64,000 bases of DNA from Eledone cirrhosa (GCA_964016885.1 OZ024749.1:54994001-55058000), one strand, 5' to 3'. Positions 1 through 15,997 are shown, counted from the stretch's first letter. Notes: generated by a model not told the origin, from the letters alone. Numbers and translations are program-made.

Positions 1-722
1 TTTGTTAAAATGGAATAAAAATTGTAGCTTAGAATTAACTTAACGAAATTCATCATTATAGAAACTATAGATATATAAATATTTCACAATTATGAAAAAA
101 TAACAACAACAAAAAAGCCAGCCTTTCTTTTGTTCCAAGCGATTAACTGAGAAATTTCAAAAGAAATAAAAAGAGAGATTTAGATGAATAATAATAAATT
201 TATATATATGTATAGTTGAAATGAAAGCAAGTAATATATTGAAATATGTACGTTATATATTCTACATATTTAAATAAATACATGTGTCGTATGTGGAGAT
301 CAATGTTTCGTGCGTTAGTAATTTACTGCGTTGGAGATGTATTGGAATCTAACTTTTCAAATTTATGATTATGCATATAAATGTCTCCCCAACTAGATGA
401 AAGTATAGACAGCAGACAGAAATATATTTAGAGAGATATTGATAGCAATCTACTTAGTGCATGTATATATATATATATTTATTTATATTAAGTATGAAGA
501 TAGATTAATAGTTATAGATATTTATATATTTCATCTTTCTGTCTATCTACCTAGCTATTTACCTATCTTACTATGCATGAATCTAGCTACTTACCTATCT
601 ATACATGCATCTATCTATCTTACTATCTATCTACTTACCTATCTATCAATGAATCAATCGCTCCATCTTATAAATATATCTACTTATCTATCTATCTGGT
701 CTCTCTCTCTCTTTCTCCGTCT

Positions 723-760
<38 letters not shown>

Positions 761-789
761 CGTGCGTGCTTAGATATTTATGCATGTAG

Positions 790-823
<34 letters not shown>

Positions 824-1357
824 CAATTTTTTTTAAATAAAGCAAATTACGTTAGAATGTCCTACAGGATGGTATAAGAGAAGCGGAGCATGCAATTGGG
901 ATGCCAGAGAGTGGAAAAAAATATATTCTACTATACTATTTTTCAATTTATTTTATCTTCTTTTGAAAAAAATATATATTTGCTTATCAAAGGCCTGTTA
1001 GGTCTTTACCATTAAGGAGAATATAACCAATTATGAGGACTTGCTGTAGATATTTTAAAGGATCATTATCATTATTATGTTTGCAGAAATATTATTAATG
1101 TAAGGAAAAAAATATATGCTATGAAGAAAACGAAAATAAAAATGCAAAATTATAAAAAAGAGCAGCCATTTTCGATTTTATAAAAAATAAAATATAAACC
1201 TCGGATATTATCAATAATCTGAAAAATAAATAAATCAAATCAAATAAATAAATATCGTCCTACTTTTTACCTATCATTAGACCCAACCTCCCATTAGTTC
1301 TACTTTTTTTTTTAAGTTCTCTCTTGTTTGTTCTCCCTCTCTCTCTTCTTCCCCCAC

Positions 1358-1545
1358 ATCATTTCATCACCGTACTCTCAGTTATCATCATGATCAGCAT
1401 CATCAATTCTACCGTAATCATTATCATTGTCATCAGCATCATCAATTCTACCGTAATCATCATCATCATCATCACCAATTCCGTCCTCGTCGTCATCATC
1501 ATCACCGTCAACCTTATCTTAATCTTCACCATTATCATCATGATT
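1358..1545. repeat. Cryptic (ATC)n repeat with a duplicated CATCATCAATTCTACCGTAATCAT unit
   Basis: Direct inspection. Confidence 0.8.
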
Positions 1546-1859
1546 ATCAGGAATAATATGTGTATTCCAAGTATTAGTAGTAGTAGTGGTAATCCAAGTA
1601 TTAGTAGTAGTATGATCTGGAGAATTAACAGTAGTATTATTCAGCAGTGAAACCACCAAGGAAGTATCTTAGTGTTTAGTCGGTCTCCCATTAATGTGTA
1701 ATACTTTTATATAAGATGTAATAAATAGACAGAGTTAATCCCACAACATTTACTGAACCATACTTCAGAAGACGTCTTCTCGGCTATGATTCGGTAATTG
1801 TTGTGGAATTAACTCTGGTCCTTTGGACTGGGTGCTCTACCAAATTTGGATATAAACCT

Positions 1860-1896
<37 letters not shown>

Positions 1897-2924
1897 TAAT
1901 CTCCTTATATACATATAACTTCTCTTCCCCACTTAATCGCCTCACACTGCTGAAGGAAGTGATGAACAATTTCACTATTTTCGTTCGATACATATCCATG
2001 AAACAAATGCAGATGTATTCACTTGTAAACTCATGTAGTAACATCAAGTCGATATCTTAGTTATTACATGTTATACACAGAACAGAGTTGCATTGATTAT
2101 ATACTATGGTTATTAGGAATTATGTACAGAAAATATCACATAGACAAATATTGTCGGGAAGTGTATTTGCAGAATACTGTAAACATAACCTAAATATATA
2201 TTCTATATATATTCCGCTTCGATATCTCTCGGGCAAATTACGAAGCGAAAATATATATATTATAGTTTAACATTAAAATGCCTCGTTAATGTTTTGATAT
2301 ATAAATATATTCTAAATGTTTTGACGGAGAAATATGTGCGGATATAAAGGTTTTAGCTTACTTTATATATTAAGTTTGAAATGTCAGTTACCTCAATTTG
2401 TTAGCCATGCCCTCAAAGATATATTTTCCCTAAAGCATGTTTGACATTTACATAAAGATTTTTATGGAGATATAAAAGGGCACTTTATTTTAGGTTTGAT
2501 TTTACAATGATGCCCCAGAACTCTTCAGCATTTAAATGTTTAAATGCTAAAAATTATCATTCCATTTTCAACATATTCTTGTTCCTTTTATTTTTATCAT
2601 CATCATAAATATCATCATCACTAATATTATTATCATTATATTTTCTATACACATATTCCGATTCACACAGTCTCTGATGTAAACAGATATTTCACACACG
2701 TTTAATTTACAAAAATATACAATATTTTCCATTTTATTTTCATAAAACTGGTTCTGGTCCATTTCATGTAGAGCTTACGAGAATTTGGGGAGATGAATAA
2801 TATCCCTTTATATAGGCTTCCAAAAAGCTACCCTTTCTTCTTAGAGGTAAAACCCATAAAGCAAATCTCATTGAGAGGGAAATTGATAACTCGTTGTGTT
2901 CACAATATCAAAAGGACGTATTAA

Positions 2925-3140
2925 TCGTTTCCGATTCAGATACAAGGCCAAGAATTTTTGTGGGAGGGTAAGTCGTTTAAATCTATCAATTTATCCCAGT
3001 GTGTACTGGTATTTTAGTTTATCGACCTCGTAAGGATTAAAGACAGAGGTAACAACGGTGTGATTTGAACTCATATTTTAAAGGGCCGTAAGTCTATGTT
3101 GTCAAGAAAGATGCCCAACGTTTTACCGTTACTGCTAATA
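2925..3140 (-). mobile_element. tRNA-derived SINE family A, diverged copy
   Basis: Reverse complement of GAGTTCAAAT..GTCGATAAA..TACCAGT..GGCCTTGT. Confidence 0.75.
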
Positions 3141-3409
3141 CACACTCTAACATGTTGCATTAATAGATACTGATATAACAGAGAACAATTCATGCGATTG
3201 AAAAATATTGTGAATCATATCGTAAGATATAAATATGTTATGATGAGTCTCCGTTGGTTTTCTACGATGAGTGTTTCAGTTGCCAGATTTTAGATGGGAT
3301 GGTCGCAAGGAATATTTAGTTGATTTCACCAGTCATTCGCAGTAAACTGTAAACATGTTTCTACTAACTACAGTAGATCTATCTTTCTATCATACATATC
3401 TATATATAA

Positions 3410-3774
<365 letters not shown>

Positions 3775-5644
3775 CGAAATTTCATTTCTCACTCTTAGTA
3801 CAGCTGATACCTAAATATAAGTATGTATACGTACATACATATATGTGTACAGACGTACAGTAGTATGTATATATATATATATATATATACATACATACAT
3901 ACACACATAGATATATGTACGTATGGGTTTACGATGGTTGCCGAACACTGTACGGCGTAATTCGGGCTGTTTGTTTACAAGCAAACTGAGCATTATAATA
4001 AATGTTCGGTAAACCCATACGTACATATATCTATGTATGTATATATATATACATACTACTGTACGTCTGTACACATATATCTATGTACCTATACATACTT
4101 ATATATATATATATATATATATAAAAAACAACTACAGCCACCATCTGTAATTGGACTGATACAAGATATATTGGATAGTCGTATTTTTTAATTTTTAATT
4201 TTTCTTTTAAGTAATTCATCAGCACTTTCAAACCAGTCAATATAAGATGCATCATACGCGGATTCCTAATGAAACTGGTACTTAAATATCTAGAAATAAA
4301 GGTTTACAAAGGTGGTAGTTACAACTTTGAGTAATATTTGTCTTCGTCATTTTTTATGCTGTTTTGCTTTCCTCGCTTTTGTTTTCGCTTATTTTCTCCC
4401 CTATTTTCTGAATGGGTTTCATGGACATTTTTCATATATTTTCATTGTTAACAAAAGGAAGCTGTAGTTTCAAATATTTGAGTGTTTGTTTTGTCATTTC
4501 TCCTGATTGACAGTCTATCACGATCTCGACATATCTGAGTTTGCTTAACTTTGATGTCGGTCTAATGCTGTTTATTTAAACGTATTTACAGAGGAAAGGC
4601 AAAGATGCGTCTCATGGAAGGCAATATTTATTCTTTCAATGAGTGTTGCAACTAGGAATATTTACATTTCGAGTTCAGCATGAATGGATAGCTCCTAAAT
4701 CACATTTTAGTTAAGAGAAATTATTATTTATCTGAGAAGGCACGTCAGATTTGGTAGAGTGTGTTACCAAACCTGATAAATACAGCTTAAACCTGTTTCT
4801 GCTGTCTTTTTTATTTTATATTTCAAATCGATGTATCAAACAAGCTATATACTCTTACACACATGAACAGGGAGAGAGGGGGAGAGAGAGAGAAAGAGAG
4901 CGGGAGAGAGAGAGAGAGAGAGACGTACACACAATTAAACACAGACGCATACATACAAATACATAGCCAAAAAAAATCTATGAAAAACTAATAAAAAAAA
5001 ACAAAAAAAACATAACATGCATACATAACGAATCCTCAGCTTCTGATATCCGTACACAGAAAAACATGTAAATACATATAATACTGACACACACATATAC
5101 ACACATCAGACACACATCAGACACACATCAGACACACAGACGTACACATACACACAGACACGCACACAAATATTTACATATGTACAAGAAGATCATGTGT
5201 ATATATCCATACGGACACGAGAGGCACGTATGCATTCGAGTTCCATAAATGTTTAGTAGAGTGTAAAGAATTGAGATTTTGCCTCAATGACAAAGCGCCC
5301 AGTTCGGAAAATATGTGATCACTATTCTGTCTGTGAGAATGGCTTATTTCAATCTCAGAAGAACGAAATTATGTCATTATTTCAATATATATCGTTCCCA
5401 AATCCCGTTGCTTTTGTTCATTGAACAACTATTTGGCGGCAGATTGTAATTATGTACAATAGCTGAAATATTCAACCTTTCCACCACCAACACCATCATC
5501 ATCATCACTGCCGCCGCCGCAAACTTCTGCACCACAGTTTCCACTACCACCACCACTACTCTACCCCAGTCAACAACATCACCACCATCTCACGACTATT
5601 GCCAGCATTACTATCGCTAGGCTACCAAAGTCCCCACATTATTA

Positions 5645-5812
5645 TTGATTGGCAGTATCGGTAGAGGGTCGGAGGCCATGCTTTGTAGCAAAGAGTTCAA
5701 ATCCCGCCGAGGTTAACTTTGCCTTTCATCCTTAAGGGGTCGATAAAATAAAGTACCAGTAATACACTGGAGTAATTGCTGGTCTTGTGCCAAAAGTAGA
5801 AATAATTATTAA
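5645..5812 (+). mobile_element. SINE family A, short variant
   Basis: A box TGGCAGTATCGG, B box GTTCAAATCC, body GCCTTTCATCC..GGGGTCGATAAAATAAAGTACCAG (possibly a Meta-type central domain) and an ATT tail. Confidence 0.85.
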
Positions 5813-5932
5813 TACCGCCACCACCGCTACAGTAACTTCGTCACCACCAACGGCAATACCACCAACACAAACACCACAACCAGCTTAATTATCATTACCA
5901 TCAACTATACTATTCACACACACACACCTTCC

Positions 5933-6050
5933 CACGTGTGTGAGTGGTTAGAAAATTGGATTCACAATTGTGAAGTTGTGAATTCGATTCCCAGATCGAG
6001 TGATGCGTTATGTCCTTGAGCAAGACACTTTGTTTCACGTTGTTCCTTCT
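5933..6050 (+). mobile_element. tRNA-derived SINE family B, 5' part
   Basis: GTGAGTGGTTAG (A box), TTCGATTCC (B box), GTCCTTGAGCAAGACACTT..TTTCACGTTG. Homologous to 47285-47385. Confidence 0.75.
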
Positions 6051-6193
6051 GCTTGGAGTTGCGACCGATAGATAGTATTAGCAAGTAGATAGTAATTGGA
6101 AATAGCAATGGGAACATTGTTTCCTCGGTCCGATTTGACGAACTCCACCCCACTCGTTAAGCGAATGATGTCTGGGATCTTATCGATCCCCTG

Positions 6194-6245
<52 letters not shown>

Positions 6246-6699
6246 TACAATACATCACAGAAATGATTTGATGATAACGAACCGATGAAATATATTTGAA
6301 TAATTACGAAAGCAATCAGAGAATTTGATGATGTTATATACGAGAAAATTATGTATTAATTTCCGATAACGAACTAAAATTAATTCATTCTGCTCTTAGA
6401 TTCTTCATCCTCTTTTTGTTGAGGAGGGGGGAATCACTGGATAAATGGTAAGGCTAGATTAATGCCAGTAGAGGATCTACGAGATATTTAGAGAGAATGA
6501 TATTTAGAGAAAATTCAGTAGTAGTAGTAGTAGTATTTAGTTGGTGCCATATTGGAAATTTGTATTTGTGTTACAGAAGATATACATGCATACACATACA
6601 AACATGTATATATATATACTTTCTATATGTATATCTATACACACACATATCTATATACAAAGTGTTAGACTATGCAGTTGAAGTGTAATACTGTATATA

Positions 6700-6925
6700 T
6701 ACAGAGTGGTTAGCCGAGCCTGCGCCAATGTCTATATAAATACGTACAATTGTAATATGTAGACATTTGAATATGCTAGTAAAAACGAATTTGAAAGAAA
6801 AATAGAAAACAAAAAACTATAAGCACTTATCAATTTTCGGAGCTAGTTGGGTACTCACCAGAAGGCGTGTATTTCATCTAGACATCGTAACAGGTTATAG
6901 AGTATAGGGCTAGCCATGTTGCATA
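6700..6925. mobile_element. Degenerate Tc1/mariner-like MITE
   Basis: TACAGAGTGGTTAGCC..GGCTAGCCATGTTGCATA imperfect TIRs between TA runs. Confidence 0.3.
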
Positions 6926-8637
6926 TATATGTTTTGAAATATTATATCCTCAGCTAACATTAGTGAGGTTGAAGTGAGAGAGTTGATTTTCATCAAAGCA
7001 TAGTACATTGTAATATACAAGTATAAAAATAAATATTGTATAAAATTGACATAATTATAAAGGTCAAAGACAGTAATGATAGAATGGTAAGTGACAAGCT
7101 TTCCAGATCCACTAGAAAGAAACAGTAAAGAAATGCTTCCAGCCCCAGAACATACAAGTCAGGGTTAAATCGATATTTTCACAACTGGCTTTATCGCTAC
7201 AACATCCGAAAAACAAATACAAATTTGACGACATTGATGCTTCAGAAAACCCCAGTCTTGTAAAAGTTCTCGTTGAAGCAACTGTAACAGGAAAACACGC
7301 TATGAAAACAATAAATTATCCCAAGAAACTCCGTAGCCGATGAGGGAAAAGAAAACCGAAAATTAAACTCGGCTGGAGACAAGATAGCAGCAGCAGAGGT
7401 ATATAAACAGTAACGTAGAAAACAAGGCGAAGACATTAGATAATATTACATAAACCTCGTAGGGAAAGTAATTCAACAAAAGAATGTGTTAGAATCCACT
7501 AAAAAGAAAATAAACAAAGGGCAGGGTGAAATGAAAACATTAAAAGATGAAGATGAAATTATCACGGAATGGAGAAATAAAATCGTAGTAAGAATAATAT
7601 ACTCGTAGCGAAGCTATGCTCCAGCGAAAAGAACAACACTGATATTACAGATGTCAGCATCAATGAATCTGCAATGGGTCTATAGGTTGGTGAATTCATT
7701 CCATTCATCGTTGAACTCACAATCAAATATTGGAAGAGTGTTAATGCTTCAGGGTTAAAATAACGCAACAACTGGTGTTTGAAAAGATGCCTTATACAAT
7801 ATATTAAATAAACCTAGTAACCTCTTGCATCTTCTTTTCTTGCATGAAGCAGAACTACAGTTGAGTTGGTACAATGAAATATTCATTCCACTGCACAAAT
7901 CGTTATAGAAATCATTTAACTAGCTATCTATAATCTTTCTAAGCCCCCTATGTACAAGTCATCCGCAAAGGTCATACAACAAAAAGACACCCAAACAATT
8001 ACACACGTGAAGAAAACAGATTTCCAGAGGTTTTTCCATCAATGATCACCCACAAGCCATGAAAAACGTAATTGAAAAATTGACAAACTATAAGCGCCCC
8101 CCCCCCCCCCCCCCCCCACTCTTCTCATACTTCGTAGACTAAAAGAAAGGGTTTTGTAGAAATAGCAGCAGTAATTATATAACAAACGAAAATGGAGAAT
8201 CATGCAATAACATCTCAAGATTTCTCTATTACCTTGCTATATCTTCCATTTGACAATACAAACTTTCAAACAAATTTCCAGGAGAGGAGAAAAACAGTGG
8301 AAGTCATAGGATTTGGATTTCTCTAAACTATTCACAGTGAAGGGCTTTTGAAATCTGCCGCATGTGGCAAACAAGAGGGGAGGAAAATTGTTGGCAAATT
8401 TCACACAAACCAATTGCTACATGTGCTACGAGTGTGCTTCTTGATATAATGATTAACACTTCAATCCCAGGATTAGTGTGCATATATACACGCACTCACA
8501 CATTGGATCTCTTCCCAGAAGAGGTAGCTAGCCGAAATCGCCTAGCACGCGGTAGATAATCTATATTCACCTTTATATATATATATATATAGATTTGATA
8601 AATAGATAGATAGATTGATAGATAGATAGATAAGATG

Positions 8638-8740
8638 AAGAGGGTGTGGTAAGATACAGGTGGACTATAACGCACGTGAGTACTCAATAGGGTAGTAGAG
8701 TGGGTAATATGAACAGATTCAGGACCCTGACTCTTCATAT
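8638..8740. mobile_element. Family P copy with short foldback
   Basis: Same leader as 3410, ending ATATGAACAGATTCAGG-A-CCCTGACTCTTCATAT. Confidence 0.6.
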
Positions 8741-8985
8741 ATATATATATGCGTATGTGTGTACATACATCTAGCGAAAGAGACAGGGGTTAGAAAAAGT
8801 TGGTGGGTGACGGTATATAGACATTAAGTTAATCAGTTTATATTTGTAAACAATATTCTGATTGTAAACATCATTTCGGATTATTGTTTACAAACACATA
8901 AAGATTAATATTGTTTCGATTAAAATATATTATCAATTGTTTATACTTGAAGTTGTATGTGTATATACAACACATTTATTATTAC

Positions 8986-8994
<9 letters not shown>

Positions 8995-9016
<22 letters not shown>

Positions 9017-9326
9017 ATATATACATATAATATATCTATATATACATATAATATATCTATATATACATATAATATATCTATATATACATATAATATATCT
9101 ATATATACATATAATATATCTATATACATATAATATATCTATATACATATAATATATCTATATATAATATATATATATATATATAAAATATATCTATATA
9201 TACATATAATATATATATACATATAATATATATATACATATAATATATATATACATATAATATATATACATATAATATATATATATATATATAATATATA
9301 TACATATAATATATATATATATACAT
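8995..9326. repeat. About 21-bp TA-derived minisatellite (ATATACATATAATATATCTAT)n
   Basis: Visible tandem units. Confidence 0.9.
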
Positions 9327-9450
9327 ACAGCATATATGTATTTCAAAAAATTCATTGCGAGACGATCTTATGTTTGTTATACATAAATATATCGTATATG
9401 CTTTCACTATGACGAAAACGCTAATCATCCATCTGTCTGTCTGATTATCT

Positions 9451-9510
<60 letters not shown>

Positions 9511-9711
9511 GAAAATGAGTTGTTTTTTTTATGAAAAAAATAAAAAATAACGAGTGAAAATATAAGGAAAAACCACAAACCCTTCAACTCAATTCTACTT
9601 TTGCAAAGCATGAGAACTGTGAAACGGGTAAAGGAAACATATACATATTCTTAAAAAGACTCCAGTTGCATTTTCGATTTCATCTTTTTTCCTTTATATA
9701 TATATATAGGT

Positions 9712-9830
9712 GTGCAAGTGGCTAATCATTCCACAGACATGCGTACCCTTAACATAATTCTCAAGTAAATATAGTGAACTATAGTGACAAGGGAGGCCAT
9801 TTGACTACTGGTAAACCCCATTCGACCAGT
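9712..9830 (-). mobile_element. SINE family B 3' body fragment
   Basis: GCAAGTGGCT..TTCCACAGACATGCGTACCCTTAAC..GTGACAAGG. Related fragments lie near 25705-25745, 36400-36660 and 53820-53940. Confidence 0.6.
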
Positions 9831-9864
9831 TTCCGGAAAGCTCTCGTCATCCTAATTTCATTGA

Positions 9865-9982
9865 TGAGGTATGGTTGATCCCAAGGTTATAGTAAATGAC
9901 ACTTGCCCAAGATGACTCGTATTGGGATTGAACATGGAAAATAATGACTGGGTGAAAAATCTCATTAAAGATTTGGCCATGT
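9865..9982 (-). mobile_element. SINE family C, decayed head
   Basis: GGTTATAGTAAATGACACTTGCCCAAG..GGGATTGAAC is the reverse complement of a B box plus a CTTGGGCAAGTGTC motif. Confidence 0.55.
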
Positions 9983-10468
9983 TTCCAGAAACATTAAATA
10001 TTAGACAGTTTTCCTTAAACATCTTTGTGTAGCTGTGTAGGCGATAGATCGCATTGACCCATATTCAGACGAAAGGAAAACGAGGTTAATAAAAAGAGAT
10101 TCAAATAAAAGGCATTCACAATAGACTTGGGCGTTCTATATCAGAAAATTGATTACAAAACCTCAAAGTATATAGCAAAATCAACAGCAAAAGCATGAGT
10201 AAAACAAAAAAAATATGTAATAATTTATTTAGTTCACAGGAAATAATAAATCAAAATTTTAACAGGCATATACATGAAACGATTACAAGAGTCTGCATTT
10301 AAAAATGAGTTCAGGATTATATATATACACACACACACACAAATGTGTATATATATATATACATGTATGTATGTATGTATGTATGTATGTATGTATGTAT
10401 GTATGTATGTATGTATGTATGTGTCCATATATATGTACATATGTATACACACACACACACCAACACAT

Positions 10469-10533
<65 letters not shown>

Positions 10534-10580
10534 TTTGTATGCATGTATGTGTATATAGAAATATACATACGTTTGCATGC

Positions 10581-10632
<52 letters not shown>

Positions 10633-10904
10633 GAGAGAGTGTATACTAGGTTATGTGTGTTCGTGAGTGAATCGTTAAGTATAATTGTGTCCTCTCTCCT
10701 TCTACCCACCCACCCCACCTTTCAATAGGAATAATATAGGTGACACTTCTTTTGAATATTACTAAGTGCTTTATTGAGTATTTTGTACGTTGTGGTTGGA
10801 ATTCTTTGATTTTTAAACATATTTCCCATCAGCAGGGCTCCAAGCCTTCTGCATATTAAACTGCATTTATTATAACTTGAGACTCACATGTACACACGCA
10901 CAAA

Positions 10905-10922
10905 ACTATACATATATGTATA

Positions 10923-10977
<55 letters not shown>

Positions 10978-11347
10978 CATATAATATATATATATATATA
11001 TATAATATGTACATATAATATATATATATATATATTATATGTACATATATATATATATATTATATATTATATGTACATATATATATATATATTATATATT
11101 ATATATTATATGTACATATATATATATATATATTATATGTACATATATATATATATTATATACTATATGTATATATATATATATATATATTATATACTAT
11201 ATGTATATATAGATATAGATATATATATTATATGTACATATAATATATATATATATATTATATAGAAATATATATATATGTACATATAATATATATATAT
11301 ATATATTATATATATATATATATATATGTACATATAATATATATATA

Positions 11348-11379
<32 letters not shown>

Positions 11380-11732
11380 GTACATATAATATATATATAT
11401 ATATATTATATATATATATATATATATGTACATATATATATAGGTACATATATATATATATTATATGTACATATATATATATATTATATGTACATATATA
11501 TATATTATATGTACATATATATATATATATTATATGTACATATATATATATATACATATATAAATATATACATATATAAATATATATTATATGTACATAT
11601 ATATATATATACATATATAAATATATACATATATAAATATATATTATATGTACATATATATATATATACATATATAAATATATACATATATAAATATATA
11701 CATATATAAATATATAGGTATACATATATTTA

Positions 11733-11768
<36 letters not shown>

Positions 11769-11797
11769 TGTACGTATATATGCATGGATGTACATAT
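10905..11797. repeat. TA-derived minisatellite (TTATATGTACATATA..)n
   Basis: Visible tandem units; flanks the CR1 3' end. Confidence 0.9.
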
Positions 11798-12480
11798 AAC
11801 TTTGAATAACTTTGAAATGTTTTGGCCAGTATTGGCCCAGGCCATGTCTAACTTAATAGCACCACCTGGCGAAGTCTTTCAATTCAGGATTTGGGCACCA
11901 TGGCCCATTCGAGAAGAGAATTACTGTTTGCGGAGACATATCCGGGTGTGGGTGGTTTGTCCGGGATTACTTGGAGGAATTTGTCCAAAGACTTCTTGAA
12001 TTTTGTGTGGTCAGTTTCTGTTTTGACGTGTCCTGGTGTGATGTTGAAGAGAGCAGGGCCGATTGAGGTGAAATAATTGTGCCGTATTGTTGTTATGAGT
12101 TGCGATTTAGATTTTTGAATGGGACGGATAGCACGGGGCCCAAGCCTTGGGTGTATCTTGAAGGCGATGCCAACATCATTTGGGCAGTGATGATGGAACA
12201 TTTTCCACATCATGCAGATAATATAACGCTCACGGCGACGTTGGAGTGAGTAAAGTTTCAGGTTTTCTAATCGACCCCAGTAGTCAAGGTCTGACATGCC
12301 ATCTATCTTTTTCGTGATTGCCCTTTGAGGAGCTTCAAGTTTCATGATACTTTGTTTCGTGTGGGGAGACCACAGTGGACAACAGTATTCAAGGTGTGGT
12401 CGGGCAAAAGTAGAGAAGAGAAGGATAATGGTGCGGGAATCTCTCGACTGGAAGGTTCTGAGGATCCAGGAACACATATG
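11797..12480 (-). mobile_element. 5'-truncated CR1-clade non-LTR retrotransposon (ORF2 C-terminus plus 3' UTR)
   Basis: About 198 codons without a stop (12477-11884): [77 protein letters not shown]. This matches the post-RT region of CR1/L2-group LINEs. The 3' UTR ends in a tandem (TTCAAAGTTA)2. Confidence 0.9.
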
Positions 12481-12739
12481 TTCATATATATATGTACATG
12501 TACATATATATATATATATATATGTGTATATATGTATATATGTATATATGTGTGTATATATGTACATATATACATATATACACATATATATATATATATA
12601 TATGTGGATATATACATATATATACATATATATACATATACATATATATACATATATATACATATATATATACATATACATATACACATATACACATATA
12701 TATACACATATATATATATACACATATATATATATACAC

Positions 12740-12772
<33 letters not shown>

Positions 12773-12864
12773 CACACATATATATATATACACATATATA
12801 TATACACACACACATATATATACACATATATATATATATATATATACATATGTATATATATATA

Positions 12865-12895
<31 letters not shown>

Positions 12896-12993
12896 ATGTA
12901 TATATATATACACACATATATATATATATATATATACACATATATATATATATATATATACATATGTATATATATATACACATATATATACAC

Positions 12994-13026
<33 letters not shown>

Positions 13027-13343
13027 TATATATACACACACATATATATATACACATATATATATACACATACACATATATATATACATACACATATATA
13101 TATACATACACATATATATATATACATACACATATATATATACATACACATATATATATATATACACATATACATATATATATATACACATATACATATA
13201 TATATATATACACATATACATATATATATATATATACACATATACATATATATACACATATACATATATATATATATACACATATACATATATATATATA
13301 TACACATATACATATATATACACACATATATATATATACATAC

Positions 13344-13404
<61 letters not shown>

Positions 13405-13689
13405 CCTACATATATATACATATACATACATATATATACATACATACATATATATACATACATACATATATATACATACATACATATATATACATACATA
13501 CATACATATATATACATATATTCATATATATATACACATATATATATACATACATATATTCATATATTCATATATATATACACATATATATATACACATA
13601 CATATATACATTCATATATATATACATACATATACATACATACATACATACATACATATACATACACATACATACATATACATACATAC

Positions 13690-13758
<69 letters not shown>

Positions 13759-13783
13759 CATATACATACATACATACATATAC

Positions 13784-13838
<55 letters not shown>

Positions 13839-13987
13839 CATACATACATATACATACATACATATACATACATACATATACATACATACATATACATACA
13901 TACATATACATACATATACATACATACATACATATATATACATACATATACATACATATACATACATACATACATATATATACATAC

Positions 13988-14028
<41 letters not shown>

Positions 14029-14559
14029 CATATATATATACATACATACACACATACATACATACATACATACACATACATACATATGCATACATATATA
14101 TGCATACATATATACATACATATACATATATATACATATATACACATATACATATATATACATATATATATACATATATATATACATATACATATATATA
14201 CACATATATATATACATATATATTTACATATATATACATATATATATACATATATATACATATATATATACATATATATACATATATATATACATATATA
14301 TACATATATATATACATATATATACATATATATATACATATATATATACATATATATACATACATACATACACACATACATATATACATACATATATATA
14401 TACATACATATATATATACATATATATATACATACATATATACATATATACATATATACATACATACATATATATATACATACATATATATATACATACA
14501 TATATATACATATATATATACATACATATATATACATATATATATACATATATATATAC

Positions 14560-14608
<49 letters not shown>
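12481..14608. repeat. Compound (TA)n/(CATA)n/(CA)n microsatellite, about 2.1 kb
   Basis: Direct inspection. Confidence 0.95.
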
Positions 14609-14609
<1 letters not shown>

Positions 14610-15171
14610 GATTATACTTGAAATAGTCTGAGAAACTAATATCATTTTGACGGCTTCTGACATTTTGTTAAATATTTGAAATTAATGGATTCCTTTGGTG
14701 TGCGCTGAAGGATGGAATAACTTATAGAAGAAGATAAAGACAGGCTTCTTTTATAATGTCATTTAAAACCTGTATTCGTGTTTATAGGAGACACTTTTTA
14801 GGTTCGCGTGCATGTACATATTTTAAATAGATAGTTATGTATTTTGGGGATATATATATATATAAATATCTTCATTGTGCTGTTTCGTTTGCTTTGTTAC
14901 TTCCATTTCCTTTTTACACACATATATATATATTTACATATATATATATATAGTGTATGTGTGTGATATGTCTATCTATCTATCTATTCTATTCTATTTA
15001 AGCAACACCTTCGACCATCTTTCTCAGTCAATTGTAAAGAGAAATGTTTTATAGGAGCAGAATATTTTGAGAGGCCTTCTAATTCCAACTTATTGTTCAC
15101 TCTTTAATAGTTAAACCAAGTATATTGAATGTTAAACCAAGAATGTATCGCATGCATACTGCGATCTAATT

Positions 15172-15263
<92 letters not shown>

Positions 15264-15997
15264 TGACTATGTGGTCAGCAGATCTGAGTGATTTAAATAT
15301 CTGCGTCATTCTGTAAAATTGATAAAATTGTCAACATTTGGCAGTACATGTACACTAAGCATTTCTAATGTGCGTGTGCGTGTGTGTGTTTTTCAAATAT
15401 TAATAATGGTTCTATTACAAAGAGATATGTTTCAGATACACGTAGAAAAAAACGTGTATGAAAAAGGAAAGATTTATCTGTGTTAGACCATCAATGCTGT
15501 TTTTAACCTCATAACTGCTGTTGTGTCTTTCGTTTCCATTTTAGAATCCTTTTTCAGCATTATATGCATAGTTTCATATCAATAATCCTTATAATTCTGA
15601 AAAAAATGGGAAATTTATTGTAAATTTCCGCCTTTGAAATAATCTACCATAGCTACATACAATACATCTGTAGCTATAAGTGACGGATTTTTATTTTTGA
15701 CTTAAATATATTATATTATTTTCTTGTATATTGTTTTTATGTTTTCATTTTATGTTCCATTTCGGGTGGTTTGTCTTATGCCTCACTGTGACGTTATTTT
15801 TTATACGAAATTTACGTGCATTTATGCTAAACATCAGTTTTCACAAAAAAGGAACAGATTTCATCTTTAAAAATGGTCATTATTCCATATTAAATACAAA
15901 CCGAATATTTATGAAAGTACATATTACAGGTTCCCAGGCGAGAACTCAGGAAAATTTAAAAAAAGTACAATATATATATCCATATATATATATATAT

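Noticed and set aside
4140-4600. Possible Penelope ORF remnant on the minus strand
   Set aside because: Coding-like fragments (SYIDWFESADELLKRKIK) but no recognisable RT or GIY-YIG motif.
7330-7378. Hammerhead-like CCGATGA..GAAA..TC
   Set aside because: Core mismatch, a 2-bp stem II and no stem III, so compatible with chance.
11884-13503. 539-aa ORF as a full gene
   Set aside because: Only the last 198 or so codons are LINE-derived; the rest is read-through of microsatellite.
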